Positions 22,603 through 36,538 of a DNA stretch of 64,000 bases are shown piece by piece (within the stretch, counting starts at the first letter, position 1; each line of letters starts with the position of its first letter). Under the pieces are notes generated by a model, which saw nothing but the letters and a program-made list of their open reading frames with translations, did not search any database and was not told where the DNA came from. The DNA lies in assembly GCA_036630325.1 (NCBI GenBank), contig CP142727.1:806001-870000 (forward strand), given 5' to 3'. Origin of the DNA: Vairimorpha necatrix. Its lineage: Eukaryota. The position numbers and the translations under genes are program-made.

Positions 22603-25600
22603 AATTGTGAAGTTTTTCATATTTCATATTTTTTATCTACTGCTTCGTTTGGTGTGCATCCCAATCCTACGTGATGAGAGCTATTATATATTAAAATGGC
22701 TTTTTGCACTTTTGTTTTCAAAAACTTGTCTTCGTAATTTTTATTCACCATCTCTTATAGAGTTCTATTAAACCTTTCCACTCTCCCGTTTGATTAATGA
22801 TGAAATGGCGTCGTGTAATGTAACTTAATATTATTTGTATTTGCAACATTTTAAACACTGTTGCTTAAATTTTCTTTTGAGCTGTCCAGAACAGCGGGTT
22901 TATCGGTATCATTTTATTCATTTCCTTTATAAAAAGGGCTACTTTTTGTCCGGACCTATCGTTAATACTCCTGGCAAATCCCTTTCTCGTGTAATAATCT
23001 AATCCTGTTATTATATAATTTTTGTTTATAAAGCCTATAATTTCTATTCCCACCTTTTCGCCTTAGTAATATGCTGTTACGAATATAAATTTTTTGTTTT
23101 TCTTCAGATTATACATCTTACATGTAGTACAGCCATCTATCGCCTTTTTTTTAGTGTTTTCATATCCGGCCAATTATATTCGTTTTCTAAACTTTAAATA
23201 ATTGTTTTTGCACTTCTATGTAGCATTTCTTTATGCTTTTCAGATATTATTTTAATTTTTTCTTGTTCTAAAAAGAGTTCGTTTTCAGTCACTTCGTTAA
23301 CGCTTTTTTTCTTCAAAGCTCCTACTTAGGGCATCCGCGTGTGACATTTCTTCCCCCTTTCTATAAATCACTTTAATTATAAAGTTACTAAGTCGATCAA
23401 GCCATCTGTTGATTCTTAAAGATTTAACTTCTCCTTTATTTAATGCTTCCAAGGCCTTATGATCTGTAATAGCCGTAAATTCCTTTCCATATAAATAGTA
23501 TTTATAATATTACATTCCCCATAGCATAGCTAGGCATTCTTTTTCACTTATTGAAAAAAAAAAAATTTTGGAGGATTTAGACTTCTTGAAGCAAATTCGA
23601 TTGGCACCTTAACTCCCTCATCGACCTGGGACAAAATAGCACCTAGGCCTGTGTTGGAGGCATCTGTTTCCAAGACAAATTCTAGGTTGTAATTCAGCTT
23701 GTGTAGCTCTATTTGTTAACTTGTAAATTCTTTTAAATTTTGGAAGCTGTTTTGGTGTTTTTCTGTCCATATGTATTCTACTTTTTGTTTAAAAGATTGT
23801 ATAGCGGCTCACATAACATTTTGCCAATTCGGGTAAATTTTTTATTGTAATTCATTATTCCTGAAAATTCTTAAAGTTTTTTCTTGTTTTCTGGTTCTGG
23901 AAATTCATTTATTACTTTTATTTTTGATTTTTCGGCCGATATTTTATTTTTTTCGATGTTGTATCCTAAAAATTCTATTCTATTAGCTTTTAAAATGGTT
24001 TTCTTTATGTTAATGTTGAGATTATTGTCCTTTAATATTTTCATTATTCTGCATAAATTTCTATCGTGTTCTTCACTTGTTTCTCCAAAAATTAAGATGT
24101 CATCTACGTAAACTATGCACGTCTTTCCCATTTCATCTTTTAAACCGTGATCGATATATCGCTGAAATATGGCCGGGGCATTCTTAAATCCCATCGGCAT
24201 TACTTTCCATTCATACAAGAAATTCTCATATCGAAAGGCAGTTTTATATTGGATCTTTTTCGGTAGCGGAATGCTAAATAAACCATCTTTCAAATCCAAT
24301 TTCGTGAAGAATTCTTTGCACTCAGATTGAATACTAAATATTCAATTTTTGGTAGGCTATATCTGTCTAATTCTACCAATTTGTTTAGTGCAACCAAATA
24401 TAGTGTTATTCTTATACTATTATCTGGTTTTACTACTGGCCGAATGTTATTCAGCCATGTAGACTTTGATGGGCCTATATAATTCATTTTTATAAAAATT
24501 TTTAACCGTAACTTCCATTCCGGATTCAAATTTCTTAGTGAAGCTATATACTTTCTCTATAACTATAGCGTCTTTTTTTGTATTTATTTCACATTCATAC
24601 TGATTTTTAGAATTCATCATTAATTTAATCTCTTCTTTTCCAATCAAAATTTTTTCTCTGGGTACTTTTGGTAAAATAAAGAATTTTAACTGAAATTTCA
24701 CATTTTTGTAAATAACGTCACATAAGACATGATACTTATCTTCAAAAGTTTCCTCAAGACAAGTTTTGAATTTTAATTTGGCATGGGTTTTTTCTTCTTC
24801 TTAAACCAGCTTTCAATCTAACTGCATCAGAAATAAAATTGTAGTTAGATCCTGTGTCAAAAACAACCAAAAATTTTTTGTTTTTAATATATGCCAAATT
24901 ATCAATATTTATAATCTCTTCTGAGTCTTTTAAGACTTCATTCATTTGAAGCAGATTTTTGTTATTGTATTTAGGCTTTAATCCATCATTTCTAACCTCC
25001 CAAGGACCATTTCCGTCAACTTTATTATTCCCTTTTTCATTCTTTCCCAAACGATTCTTATCTTATCGTTCAATTTTTTCCATCATTAAAACTCGCCGAG
25101 GATCGATTTCTTTTAAAAAACGACAGCTCGTTATATAGGCCTTCGTATGCGTAAGTTTTTTTCTTATTCCGAGCAGAAAAATTTCAAAGTTTCTTTGGAG
25201 TACATTCTTACTACTTTTGACTTCTTCGATGAATTCCTTTGCATTCTGATCTTTTCCTGGAAAAATAGGTATACATCTACTACTTCAATCTTTTCTTCCT
25301 AAAATTCGTTCAATAGTGCTTCTTTCCACTTGTCATATGTAAGAGAGGAACTTCTTATCTGTTCCATAAATGTAGAGTGCCATTCGATTATCTCGTAACT
25401 AGCTTTACTCAGAACATATTCAATTTTATCCAATGAGTCCAATTTTTTAAACCATCTAATTATTTCGTACCTCAAAAGTTCTTGTGATAGATTTTTTATG
25501 TTATACTAAATTTTCCACAATTCTCCACCATGTTGTTCAAATTTGGATTTCATTGAATAGGGGTTTACAGGGGCTTGCATTTTTATATTCCCATGTTTGC

Positions 25601-26818
25601 GTTTCTATATTCCCCTGTTTGCGTTTCTATATTCCCCTGTTTGTATTTGTATATTTCCATGTTTGCATTTTTATATTTCTATGTTTTTATTCTATATTCC
25701 CATGTTTGCATTTCTATATTCCCCTTAATGGTATTCAAAATAATATAAACAAAAACCAACGAATTAAAGAATATCGTTTTCGAATTGGCAAAAGATGAAA
25801 AACGATCCATAGCCGAAATATCGACTATGGTTGATTTACATCGTAAAACCGTTGCATCTATTGTTGAAACCAGCAAAATTAACCTACAAGGTCTATTGGC
25901 AGTTGAATTAAAGTGAAATGCATTCGAATACAGACCGGGTTGTTAAAAACATAGTTGATTTTGCAAACGATATGACTTTACAGAAATTTCTAATAGGTTA
26001 AATTTACGAACAAATGTAAATTTGTCAAAATCTTTAATATCGAGAAAACTTAACAAATTCGGTATAACAAGAAAAAGGCTCAGTTTATTTCCTGTTGAAC
26101 GTAACTCGTTGGACAAAATAAACCAAAGGAGTATTTATGCCTTTGAAATTAGTAGGTACTCGGTCGAAAACCTAGTTTTCTTGATGAAACTGGGTTCGAC
26201 GCTCATACTACGCGAAGTTACGAAAATTAAGAAAAGAATACCAAAGCCTATAAGAATGTGTCAGCAAATCGCGGCCAAAATATCAGCTACATGTGCGTAA
26301 TTACTATAAATGGATTATTGGCATTTGAGTATAAACGCGGAGCAATTAATTCCGAGAGTTTTATGAACTTTGTTGAAAATAAATAATCTATGTTCTTTTA
26401 TAATCCTGGTAAAGTTCTTATAATGGATAATGCCAGCTTTTATCATTCGTGTGAAGTTTTACAAAAATTAAATATCTAGGCATTAATCATAAATTTCTGC
26501 CTCCTTATTCATCACAACTAAATCCATTAAAGAGTTTTTTTCGATGCTCAAGGCAAGATTTTCTTCATTGTATTCATAAGAAAGTCTAATTGAAACAATT
26601 ATTAAGAATGTTTTGAGTTTAGATTATAGCCGTAAGTGTCCTGCGTTTTACAGAAATATGATAGGCTGGCTAGAAAGGGCAAGAGCAAGAGAAGCTTTTA
26701 TTTAGAAAAACATTTTTTATTTTTTTGAAATTTCTTATTTTGATGGGAATATAGAAATGCAAACATGAGAATATAAAAATGCCACCCCCTGTATTTATTT
26801 TATTATTTATAATCAACA
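22268..26818 (-). mobile_element. Degenerate Gypsy LTR retrotransposon with ~62-bp LTRs
   Basis: 3' LTR 22268-22329; 5' LTR 25531-26818 is split by a Tc1 insertion; 5-bp TSD GTACA; PBS tggtggagaa; PR (FDTGS), RT (YVDD), RH and IN fragments. Confidence 0.88.
25568..26791 (+). mobile_element. Tc1/IS630-family DNA transposon remnant
   Basis: TA TSD, CAGGGG...CCCCTG ends, ~22-bp subterminal repeats (ttgcatttttatattcccatgt); broken transposase motifs ITRKRL, FLDETGF, IMDNASF, FLPPYS. Confidence 0.88.
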
Positions 26819-26925
26819 GTACAAAAAAATATAATAAATTCCAAGTAGAATTAAATAGTACCATAAGAATGTCAAGTAAATAATTGAAAATAACAGAACA
26901 TTCGTAGCGTTAACATTCATAATTG

Positions 26926-28076
26926 GGTGCTGTTATAAAATCATCCAAAGCGTATCAAAAAAACAAATCACTTCTTTTAAATTAAAAAATCTCTCGATTT
27001 TCTATTTTCTTGTATATTTTTTCTCCGGGGGCAATTTTCCAAGATATGGTTCTTTTCCTATTTTTTTATTTTTTCTAATCTTCATGTTAGAAAAAATTGG
27101 AAAAGGTGTATGAACTCGATCCTTGGAATCCGATGTTTTAAGATAATAATCAATGATTTAGCAATTACAATTTTGCTAGTTAGGGGATATAAAAATTTCC
27201 ATTTCATGTGTCTCAAAGTCATGTCAAGGAAACATGTCTATTGCTAGAGTTTCTTCCTTTATTGGCGGGAAATGGTACATATGTACTGTAAAAAAGTGCA
27301 AAAGAAAATGTATTGCGAAAAGGCACAAAATCTTATGAAATGACCATATAATTAAAAAAGATTCTGAGGTGATTATATTGTTAGGTCTTTTAATACTCAA
27401 AAGACCAAGCTATCAATTTTTGGAAAATAGCCGAGTCCTATACATTGAATATAAAAATATTATAATGGACATTAAAAGCGAGATTCCTTCGGCTATAGAA
27501 AAGATAGGAGAGAAATACAAGGGTTCAATTCGATTTAACTGCTATGTGCGATATTTTTAGTGATTGATATTTCGTCATCTTTACATGACGATACTTTTAA
27601 TATACAAGGGTACTTGAAGAAGTTATGGAAAGTGAAGGGACAATTTTTTTTGTTTCATTAATTACTAACAAAAAATATGAACCATTATGCAGAAAATTTA
27701 AAAAACATTTACTCCTTGGAACTGTTATTACTACTGATGGATATCCATCATATCCTAAAGCCGTTTAATTTTGGATTTGTAAAAGATAGTAAATCATAAC
27801 AGAGGATTTGTAAACAGCGAAGGTTGGTATACAAATAAGATTATAAATTTATGGTTGTTATGTAAACACAAGTATAGAAAAAGAAGCGGATTAAAATAAA
27901 ATCATATCGCTAAATTTTTGGAAAATTTTTTCTTGGCATAAGAGAGATTGCTAACATAAAAAATACTCTTTCCATCGAATTTGCTTTACTTTTTAAGAAA
28001 TTCATAGTTATTTATCAAATATTTCCTAAATTTTAAATAATTTTTTTTCGAGGGAGGCTATTTATCGAGTAGCGCC
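26926..28076 (+). mobile_element. Old Merlin transposon remnant
   Basis: 8-bp TSD CATAATTG, right end ...AGTAGCGCC like the 998 element, residual TVITTDGYPSYPKA and VNHNRGFVNSEG motifs. Confidence 0.8.
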
Positions 28077-31000
28077 CATAATTGTTTTTAAAAACAAAAA
28101 ACTTTACAAAAAAAATTCTAAGTTTCTTCAAGATAAAGGACTTATTAAATTTTATATAAACTAAGATTTTTCTTATCGAAATATTTGTACATATTGTTAT
28201 CTTTATTCAAAAATAATTGTAATTTTATTTTCCCCTTGCTCTTAGAAATTTAAAAACGATTTTATTATTATTCGATCTCGTTTATAAGCTTCAACAGTAA
28301 AAAATAAAACTTATTATATACTTAATATAATTTTTGCAGCGTATATTCCAACCATATGTCAAGATAGGTATTTCAGACTTCTATAATCTCGCACTTAACA
28401 CGTATTGCAGCAATAAAAACCTCTATTCGGATTCTAATTTGTGGATTTACGATCAGTTTTGCGAATTATACTTGTCGTAGACATGTAACAATAGATGTAA
28501 CAGTTAGTGATTGTTTAGCATCAGTATTATTTTCGAGTGGTCTAAAAACAAAAATTGACACGATTTACAATATAAAAGTCTTATTGGTATAATTTTTAAT
28601 CTTTATTGTGCCCTTCTTGGCGATTTACACAATACTTTTTGTCAAACATTAATATTATTATTTTCTCGTTTTTGATGGGAAAAAAGAACAAAGTAATATA
28701 AATATGTGTAAACCACATATTTACATAATATTTGATTACACAGAGTGTTTGAATCTTCGCTTATTTCCAGACGATGTCAGAATTCTAGCTCGGAAATTTT
28801 ATTGTTCAGCGGAGGTTTACCACGCGGCAGTTAGTTTTATTAGTTCCTTATAAAGGGTATTTGAGCAACTTTTCTGCCAAAGCCATGCGAGTAAAACCGA
28901 GTCAATAAATACTTTTGATTTGCGACAAAAGTTAAATGCCTAAAAATCCAATTTAGTCAATAAAGAAGTATTCAGTTGACACAGAAAATAGTATTCATAT
29001 ATAATGTCTGTAGAAAATAACTGATAAAACATCTCTAAGCAGAATTTCCGGCTGCAAAGAGCGCGGCACTGTTTGATCTGTTTTAGTTATTACATTTGGG
29101 CCTTGGTATTGACTTATAAGAGCTAATACAATTTTTGAAATTTTAGATAAGAAGGTCAAAAAATCTTATAACATCGTTTTCCAGACGTACTACAATTTTC
29201 TTCTATGTTCAAGGTAGGTTTACACAAGACTCCTGACAAACAACAACCTTTATATGCTTAAAGATACACAAACTACATTCACATTGCAGTTGTTCTAATA
29301 CATATTCATCAAAGATTTTATTCCTACTCTAACAAGCAACATAATGTGCCCAAACTGGGGCTTGATACGTAAATAGTGTCAAAGATATCTCATGTTCTCG
29401 TTAAGAAAATATAATTCAACAACAAGGAAATGTCTACAGATAAAAAAAATAGAAATAAATTCCATATACTAAAATTTTAAATTAAATAATATATAGATCT
29501 AAATCTTTCTCCATTGACATTTTTTTGATTCTTTAGAAATGGGTCTTATTAGTCATCATTGGCAGTATTTCCTTCTTAACAAATACTTATAAGGAACTAG
29601 AGATGAATATTCTGGCACGGCGACAATCATTCACGCATAGCCTGGTTTTGAATAAAGTAGAACCTTTAGCCTTGGTCATTGATCTTTAAACAAATATGGC
29701 AAAAAATAAAAGATTAACTAAGTTAATTTATCATTAAGCTAAAATATAAATAGCACAGCTTTTCCTGGGATTGCTCATAAGATTCGGTTTATACAGACAT
29801 TGTTTTCTGTGGAATTATTTATGTTTTTCAACTTCAAACTTTCAGCTTCATTCCTCTTTGCCGATGCCACTTCTAAAACAATCGGCATATTCGCTAGTGC
29901 GCTTCCAGCCCCGGGCAATTCATTGTCTCCTGCATCAACCTAATCGTATCCTCGTCGTCGTTTCAAAGAGATGAACTCTAGATTCTTTTTCATCACAAAA
30001 GACTGGATAAAGCATTAAGTAAGGTTAGATTTTTAGCTAAATTATATACTTTCTAAGATATTTGTTCACCACACCATCTCATGTCATTATCTAAGGAACT
30101 ATTCTTGTCCGGGTCTATGTTTTAGTTCATTTCATTTGAAAAAAGGTCATGTTTTCTTAGTTTTTCGTTCTCAACGATAGTAAGTCGCTCCTGGTTGGTT
30201 TTACATACTTTAACTATTAAAATTTCTTTCATCTTCTTGTCAAACACAAGAATATCAAGACGAATATAGGTCCCCTTTATATTAGTGGGTATTCTTGTAT
30301 CTACTCTTATTTAAGCACGATTTATTTCAATGATCTCTTGCACTGAATGTCCATGTATTTTCTTTGTCTTCTTAAGCCCATATTCGATATATAATAAGAG
30401 ATGAATACATCTAACTACCTCGTTGTGCCTTTTCATATAATCAAGACCATACATTCGATCACCTATGTTTCTAAATGATCTTCTGTCTTTCATGATATCC
30501 ACAATGGGACATTGTCCCACTTGTCCACAGACAATGTTTCTATCCTGTGAAGCAGTAAATTGTTTTGGTTCTAGAATGATTGTTTCCTTTAACCATCCAG
30601 GTAGAAGAGTCCCTAATACTTAATCATTGAACCTAGCTTTAAACAATATTCCATAATTTGTTCTTATGTCGATTTTACTGTAAAGCGCTTCTTTTTGGGA
30701 TTCTACTAGCATCTTTTGGGTTATCTCTCCTATAAAGCTATACCTAATTCTTAGATATTCGTTAGTTGCAAACAAATTGGATTTGCTCTCTGCCTCTACT
30801 TTAAGTATCGCTGGCCGTCTTTGTGAGCTATTTATAGATACATCTAATGTTTTATAAATATTCAGAAGCATACTTTTGCTTCTTTCTTCGATACTTATGA
30901 GACCTCTACCCATTTCGGATCTAGGTAGGTATAGTCTTTCCTTGCAGGCTGGCTGTAGATAAACTTGGTACTTAATAATTACCTGTCAGATATCAAAATC

Positions 31001-31410
31001 GAGACTTTTGAAATCTATTGTTTTTAATTTTAATAATCCTAAATGACAGTATATTACTGATACCACATGCTTTTAATTAATTCAAATCTTATTCAAACCA
31101 TTAATTTGGTTTGCGCAGTTTTTAAACCCTCTATAAGATTTTACTCTTTACTTTTTCAGAAGATTCTCTTTTGGCAGCACTAGAGCCATCCCCTGTTATT
31201 AAAAGGTGTTTATATTTTTGATGCTTTTCTATGTTCCCCGCATCTTCACTACAATCACTAGAGTTAGTTGCAGTCTTATTCCCGTTCATTTCAATTACTA
31301 CGGCCGTGGAAACCTTTTTAGCTTCCTCATTCATCAGATTCAAAACAACATCGTTCTCAGAGAGAAGCTTGAGATCACTAGTACATAGAAGATGGTTTAT
31401 TACTTAATCA

Positions 31411-31927
31411 TCATATATATAAAAGAATTTTATTTAATTTTTTACCCCTCTTTTTAGTGGTTTTGTAAAATCTAAACTTCTTATTATAGCTTATTGTGAT
31501 ATTGCAATAGAAAATATAAAGTCAATGAAGAATTTTGACTATCATAGGTGCGTGTACTGTATGTAAATGCATTTTCATTTTAATTCTTTGTTTTGTAAAA
31601 CTCAGTTCCAAAATATCGTCAATTCCGTTTTTTAGAATTTATTTAACCCTTCTAGAAAAATTTTAAAAATAATTGCCAAAAAAAGAAAATGAATATAAGT
31701 GTCATAAATTGAGCTTAAAAGTTCCCAAAATTATCTCATTATAACTATTAAATGTTTTTAGATTAAGTTTACTCCTTATATGTTACTAAAAAGTATTTTT
31801 CAAAATCATGTTTTCTTTTTAAATTCAGTTATCAAAAATGGAAACTCAACAAAATTTAAGGATATAAGACATATTAGCAAACTAAACACTTAGATCCCGT
31901 TTTCAAAAACGGGAAAGCATACGCTAG
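31411..31927 (+). mobile_element. Non-autonomous Helitron unit 1
   Basis: 5' TC after host A; 3' hairpin CCCGTTTT/AAAACGGG then CTAG. Confidence 0.85.
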
Positions 31928-32449
31928 TCATATATATAAAAGAATTTTATTTAATTTTTTACCCCTATTTTTTGTGACTTTGAAATTTCAAAACGATACA
32001 TTTTGTGCCTTTTACGTTAATATATTTTCAAATATAGATTTAATGCTTTAATTTGATAATTTTAAGTGCGTATATTATATATTAAGGCATTTTAATTCAT
32101 ATTATTATTTTTGTAAAACTCAGTTCCAAAATATCGTCAGAATCGTTTTTTAGAATTTATTTAACCCTTCTAGAAAAATTTTAAAAATAATTGCCAAAAG
32201 AAGAAATTGAATATAAGTGTCATAAATTGAGCTTAAAAGTTCCCAAAATTATCTCATATTAACTATTAAATGTTTTTAGATCAAGTTTACTCCTTATATG
32301 TTACTAAAAAGTATTTTTCAAAATCATGTTTTCTCCTTTTTAAATTCAGTTATCCCAAAAATGGAAACTCAACAAAATTCAAGGATCAAAGACATATTAT
32401 CAAACTAAACATTTAGATCCCGTTTTCAAAACGGGAAAGCATACGCTAG
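31928..32449 (+). mobile_element. Non-autonomous Helitron unit 2
   Basis: Direct CTAG|TC junctions at both ends, same hairpin. Confidence 0.85.
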
Positions 32450-32804
32450 TCATATATATGAAAGAATTTTATTTAATTTTTTACCCCTCTTTTTTGTGAT
32501 TTTGTAAAATCTAAACTTCTTATTTTAGCTTATTGTGTCATTGTAATATCAAATATAAACTCATTGAAGGATTTTGACTGTCATAGGTGCGTGTACTGTA
32601 TGTTAATACATTTTGATTTTAATTCTTTGTTTTGTAAGACTCAGTTCCAAAATATCGTCAGAATCGTTTTTTAGAATTTATTTAACCCTTCTAGAAAAAA
32701 ATCACAAAAACATGTACCAATAATGATTTTGAATAAAAGTGTCAAAACTTGAGCTTAGAAGTTCGCAAAATTATTTCAATGAGACTCATATGTGTTTTTA
32801 ACTC

Positions 32805-35800
32805 TGTAGGAATATATATCAATGTCAATGTCACTGTCAAATATATAATCGAGTTGATATATTTGACATCTGTTCTTTTAAATAATTTTATAAAAATAAA
32901 CCCATGTTTTGTTCCAACAATTTGGCGACAAGCGACAAAAATATTCTTCTCATCTTCAGAAATGAAGAGAAAGACGACCCACAACAGTTCATAGAGGACT
33001 TGATGGAAGTGGGCAGGTTGAATGAGTACAGCGAGGGTAAGCTGTTACTTACATTCAAGATGTCTCTTGGGGAAGAAGCAAAAGATTGGATAATGGCCCA
33101 ACCAGTAGGGCTAGACTTGGGTGAACTAATAGATAGATTCAGGGAGAGATTTGTCAGTAATATGATTCTGAAGATTAGTTTGGAAAAGCTTGCAGCATTG
33201 AAGTATACAGGTGGATCTATTCTGAACTATCTCGACAGAATGGGTGCCATAGCGAGGAAAGGAAATGTACCAGAACAAGTCCTGGTAGCGTTTACATTGA
33301 ATGGTCTGCCGAATAATCTAGCTAACATCGTGCTTATTAACAACAAAGAGGGCCTTACGTGGAAATACATCTATGATTCATTAAAGAATATTAAGGATAC
33401 GAGAGAGACCGAGCGAAACCAGATAGCATCCTCATACGGTCAAGAAGTTAAAGTCGAAGCAATAAGAAACAAAGTTAATAGTAAAAAATCAAGCTATTCA
33501 AAAATTAGATGTTTGATCTGTAGCGAGCAAGGACATGTGGTCTCTCAATGTCGTTTTAACAGTTTAAGGAAAAGCTCTAAGGTGAAAAAACAAGTTAGAG
33601 AGGTTAGTATACCACAAGGGAATGATGAGATAGATGTGGAAGAAGAGGACTTGAATAAATTTATTTTTAATTATAGGTTATTAAATAGCAGAAGTAATCG
33701 ATCCACTGTTAAGTTGGCTACACTTGAGAACAGTAAACGGCCGTTTAAGGTATTATTAGATACAGGTGCAGAAGTTAATTTGATTAGGCCGGAACACCTT
33801 GAAGACAAAACAAGATTGACTAGAGATAATCTTCAATTACAGGCGGCTAACGGGTCACAGATAAGAATCATAGGGAAAACGATGCTGAAAATAAAAATAG
33901 AAGGATACATATTTGAAGACGAATTTATTGTAACACGGGACATCACCATGCCGTGCATAGTAGGATGGACATTATTAGATAAATATGAAGTTGACCTAAG
34001 ATTTGGAAATGGAAAGGTCAACATGGAGTCGGGACAAATCCTTAAAGGAAATGCAATTGGATATCATAGGATTAACACGGGAGATAGTGAGCCAGTCATG
34101 GCTCAGCTATATAAATTAGGCGGAACGAAAGAAAAAGAGGCATCTAAAATAATAAAAGAATACCTTGAGCTGGGGGTGATACGGCCAAGTGAGAGTGCTT
34201 GGCGAAGTCCAGTGATTGTAGTACCAAAAAAAGATGGAGGATATAGATTGTGTATAGATTACAGGCGGCTTAATGATATTACGATTAAGGATGCATACCC
34301 CATGCCTAGAGTGGATGAGTTTATTGATGCACTAGAGGGTGCAAGTTATTTTACTAAGATGGATGCAGAATCGGGATATCACCAGATCAATATGGCTCCA
34401 AAGGATATTGAGAAGACTGCCTTTGCATGCAGAGAAGGACTTTTTGAATTTGTAAAGATGCCTTTCGGTCTAGTAAACGGGCCAGCCACATTTCAGAGAG
34501 CAATGAATAACATACTGAGAGAGTTTTTATACAAATTTGTGGTTGTTTATATGGATGATATCTTGGTCTATAGTAGAACGTTCGAGGAACATCAAGCGCA
34601 TGTTAGGCTGGTTATGGAGAAGTTGGTAAATGCTGGAGTAAAGCTGAATGAGAAAAAGTGTGAATTTAATAAGAAAGAACTTAAAATCTTGGGGCATGTG
34701 ATCTCGAAGGAAGGAGTTAGGATCGACACAGAAAGGATAAAGAGTATTGAGGAATTGCCGATTCCAAAAAACAAAAAGAAATTGCAATCATTGTTGGGGC
34801 TATATAATTACTGTTCGAAATTTATAAAAGACAGTCATAAGATAGTAAGCCCATTGTATAGGATCATTAAGTTGAAAAAGGAAGAGGAAATCAAATTTTG
34901 GAAAAGGGCATCAGAAAACAGGCAGTTTATCGAAGCCATAGAAGCGTTAAAGGCAGCTGTGAATAAAGCGACATTATTGACTATCCCAAATACGAGAGAT
35001 AAATTCATTTTGACGACGGACGCGTCAAATGAAGGAAGTGGAGCCATGCTATCCCAGGTAATAGAAGGAGAGGAAAAAATGGTAGCATACTTTAGTTCTT
35101 TGCACACGAAAGCGGAAAAAAATTATTCTACAACAGAACAGGAGCTATTGGCTGTAGTCAAAGCATTTCAACACTTCAGAGAATATCTACTGTTGGGAAA
35201 GTTTACCTTAAGAACGGACCATCAGGCTTTAAAGTATCTTTTTAAGTCAAGGAATATTAAGGCAAGGTTAGCGAGATGGTCGCTCCTCCTTCAGGAATAT
35301 GATTTTGAAATTGAGTATATTGCGGGACCCTCAAACTATGTAGACCATTTAAGTAGAGACTTCAAAATAGAGATGAAGAAAATTGAAACAGTAAGCACTG
35401 CTGAAGAAAGGAAAGTTATAAACAGGGAAAGGGGACTAGAACTGGTCAGATTTTACCACGATATGTTGGGCCATGGCTCAAAGAAAAATATGAAATATAA
35501 CATGAGACGTAAATATGAATGGAAGGAAATTAACAAAGATATAGATCAGTTTGTAGAGAACTGCGAAATCTGCCAACAGGAAAGAGAACAAAAACAATTC
35601 AAAGATATTGTACCATTGGTGGCAAACAACATTGGTGAGATTTGGGAAATTGACATAGTAGGACCATTCAAGGAGAGTGAGGACGGGTACAGGTATCTAC
35701 TTACAATGGTAGATCATTTCTCAAAAACGGGGGAGATTATCCCGATCCATACAAAAGACATGAACACAATAGTGTATTTAGTGGACAGATACATCATAAA

Positions 35801-36538
35801 GAAATATGGAATTCCGAAGGCAATTTTAACAGATAATGGACGAGAGTTTAAAAATCGAATCTGTGAGGATTATGCAAAAGATAAACAGTTTACTTGGAAA
35901 TACGGATCACCATACAGTCCGACCACCACAGGATTAATAAAAGAGATTTAACAGAACAATAGGAATTAAACTGAGGAAGATCACGGAATTTGGCAAGTTC
36001 GATTGGGCCAAATGTGCAAAAAAAGTAAATAAAGCCTATATGCAGTCCTATCACCGTGCCATAGGCTGTGCGCCCATAGAATTGCACCAAGGATTAGTTC
36101 TTAATCATATGGATCTGCAGGAGGGAATTAATATTAGAATGGATAGAACAGACTTTAGGACTAGAGCGAAGGAGAATTTAGAACGATACAGAGGGGAGTA
36201 TGCAACACATGAGAAAACGGGTGCGCTCCAATTGGAAGAAATAAAGGTAGGTGACAGGGTATGGTACAGACTAATTTTGCCCCAAGGAGGGAAACTGGAA
36301 CCAAAATGGCAAGATAAAGGAACGGTCTTGGATAAAAGGTTTAAATCGTATAGTGTTTTACTTGACGACGGAAGAACGATTACAGCGAATCGAAATCATG
36401 TAAAACTTTTAAAGGGGAAGTAGTGTAGGAATATATATCAATGTCAATGTCACTGTCAAATATATAATCGAGTTGATATATTTGACATCTGTTCTTTTAA
36501 ATAATTTTATAAAAATAAACCCATGTTTTGTTCCAACA
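32805..36538 (+). mobile_element. Gypsy LTR retrotransposon, young (apparently identical 115-bp LTRs)
   Basis: LTRs 32805-32919 and 36424-36538, TSD AACTC, PBS-like tggcgac, PPT aaaggggaagtag. Confidence 0.96.
32904..36423 (+). CDS. Gag-Pol polyprotein with one frameshift in integrase near 35940
   Basis: CLICSEQGHVVSQC, LLDTGA, YRLCIDYR, YMDD, TDAS, HxxxGH...CEIC, TDNG; frame 32904-35951 continues in the 36040-36423 frame at GLI(E)RFNRT. Confidence 0.92.

Noticed and set aside
28100-29700. Possible decayed gene
   Set aside because: No open frame or recognisable motif found by eye.
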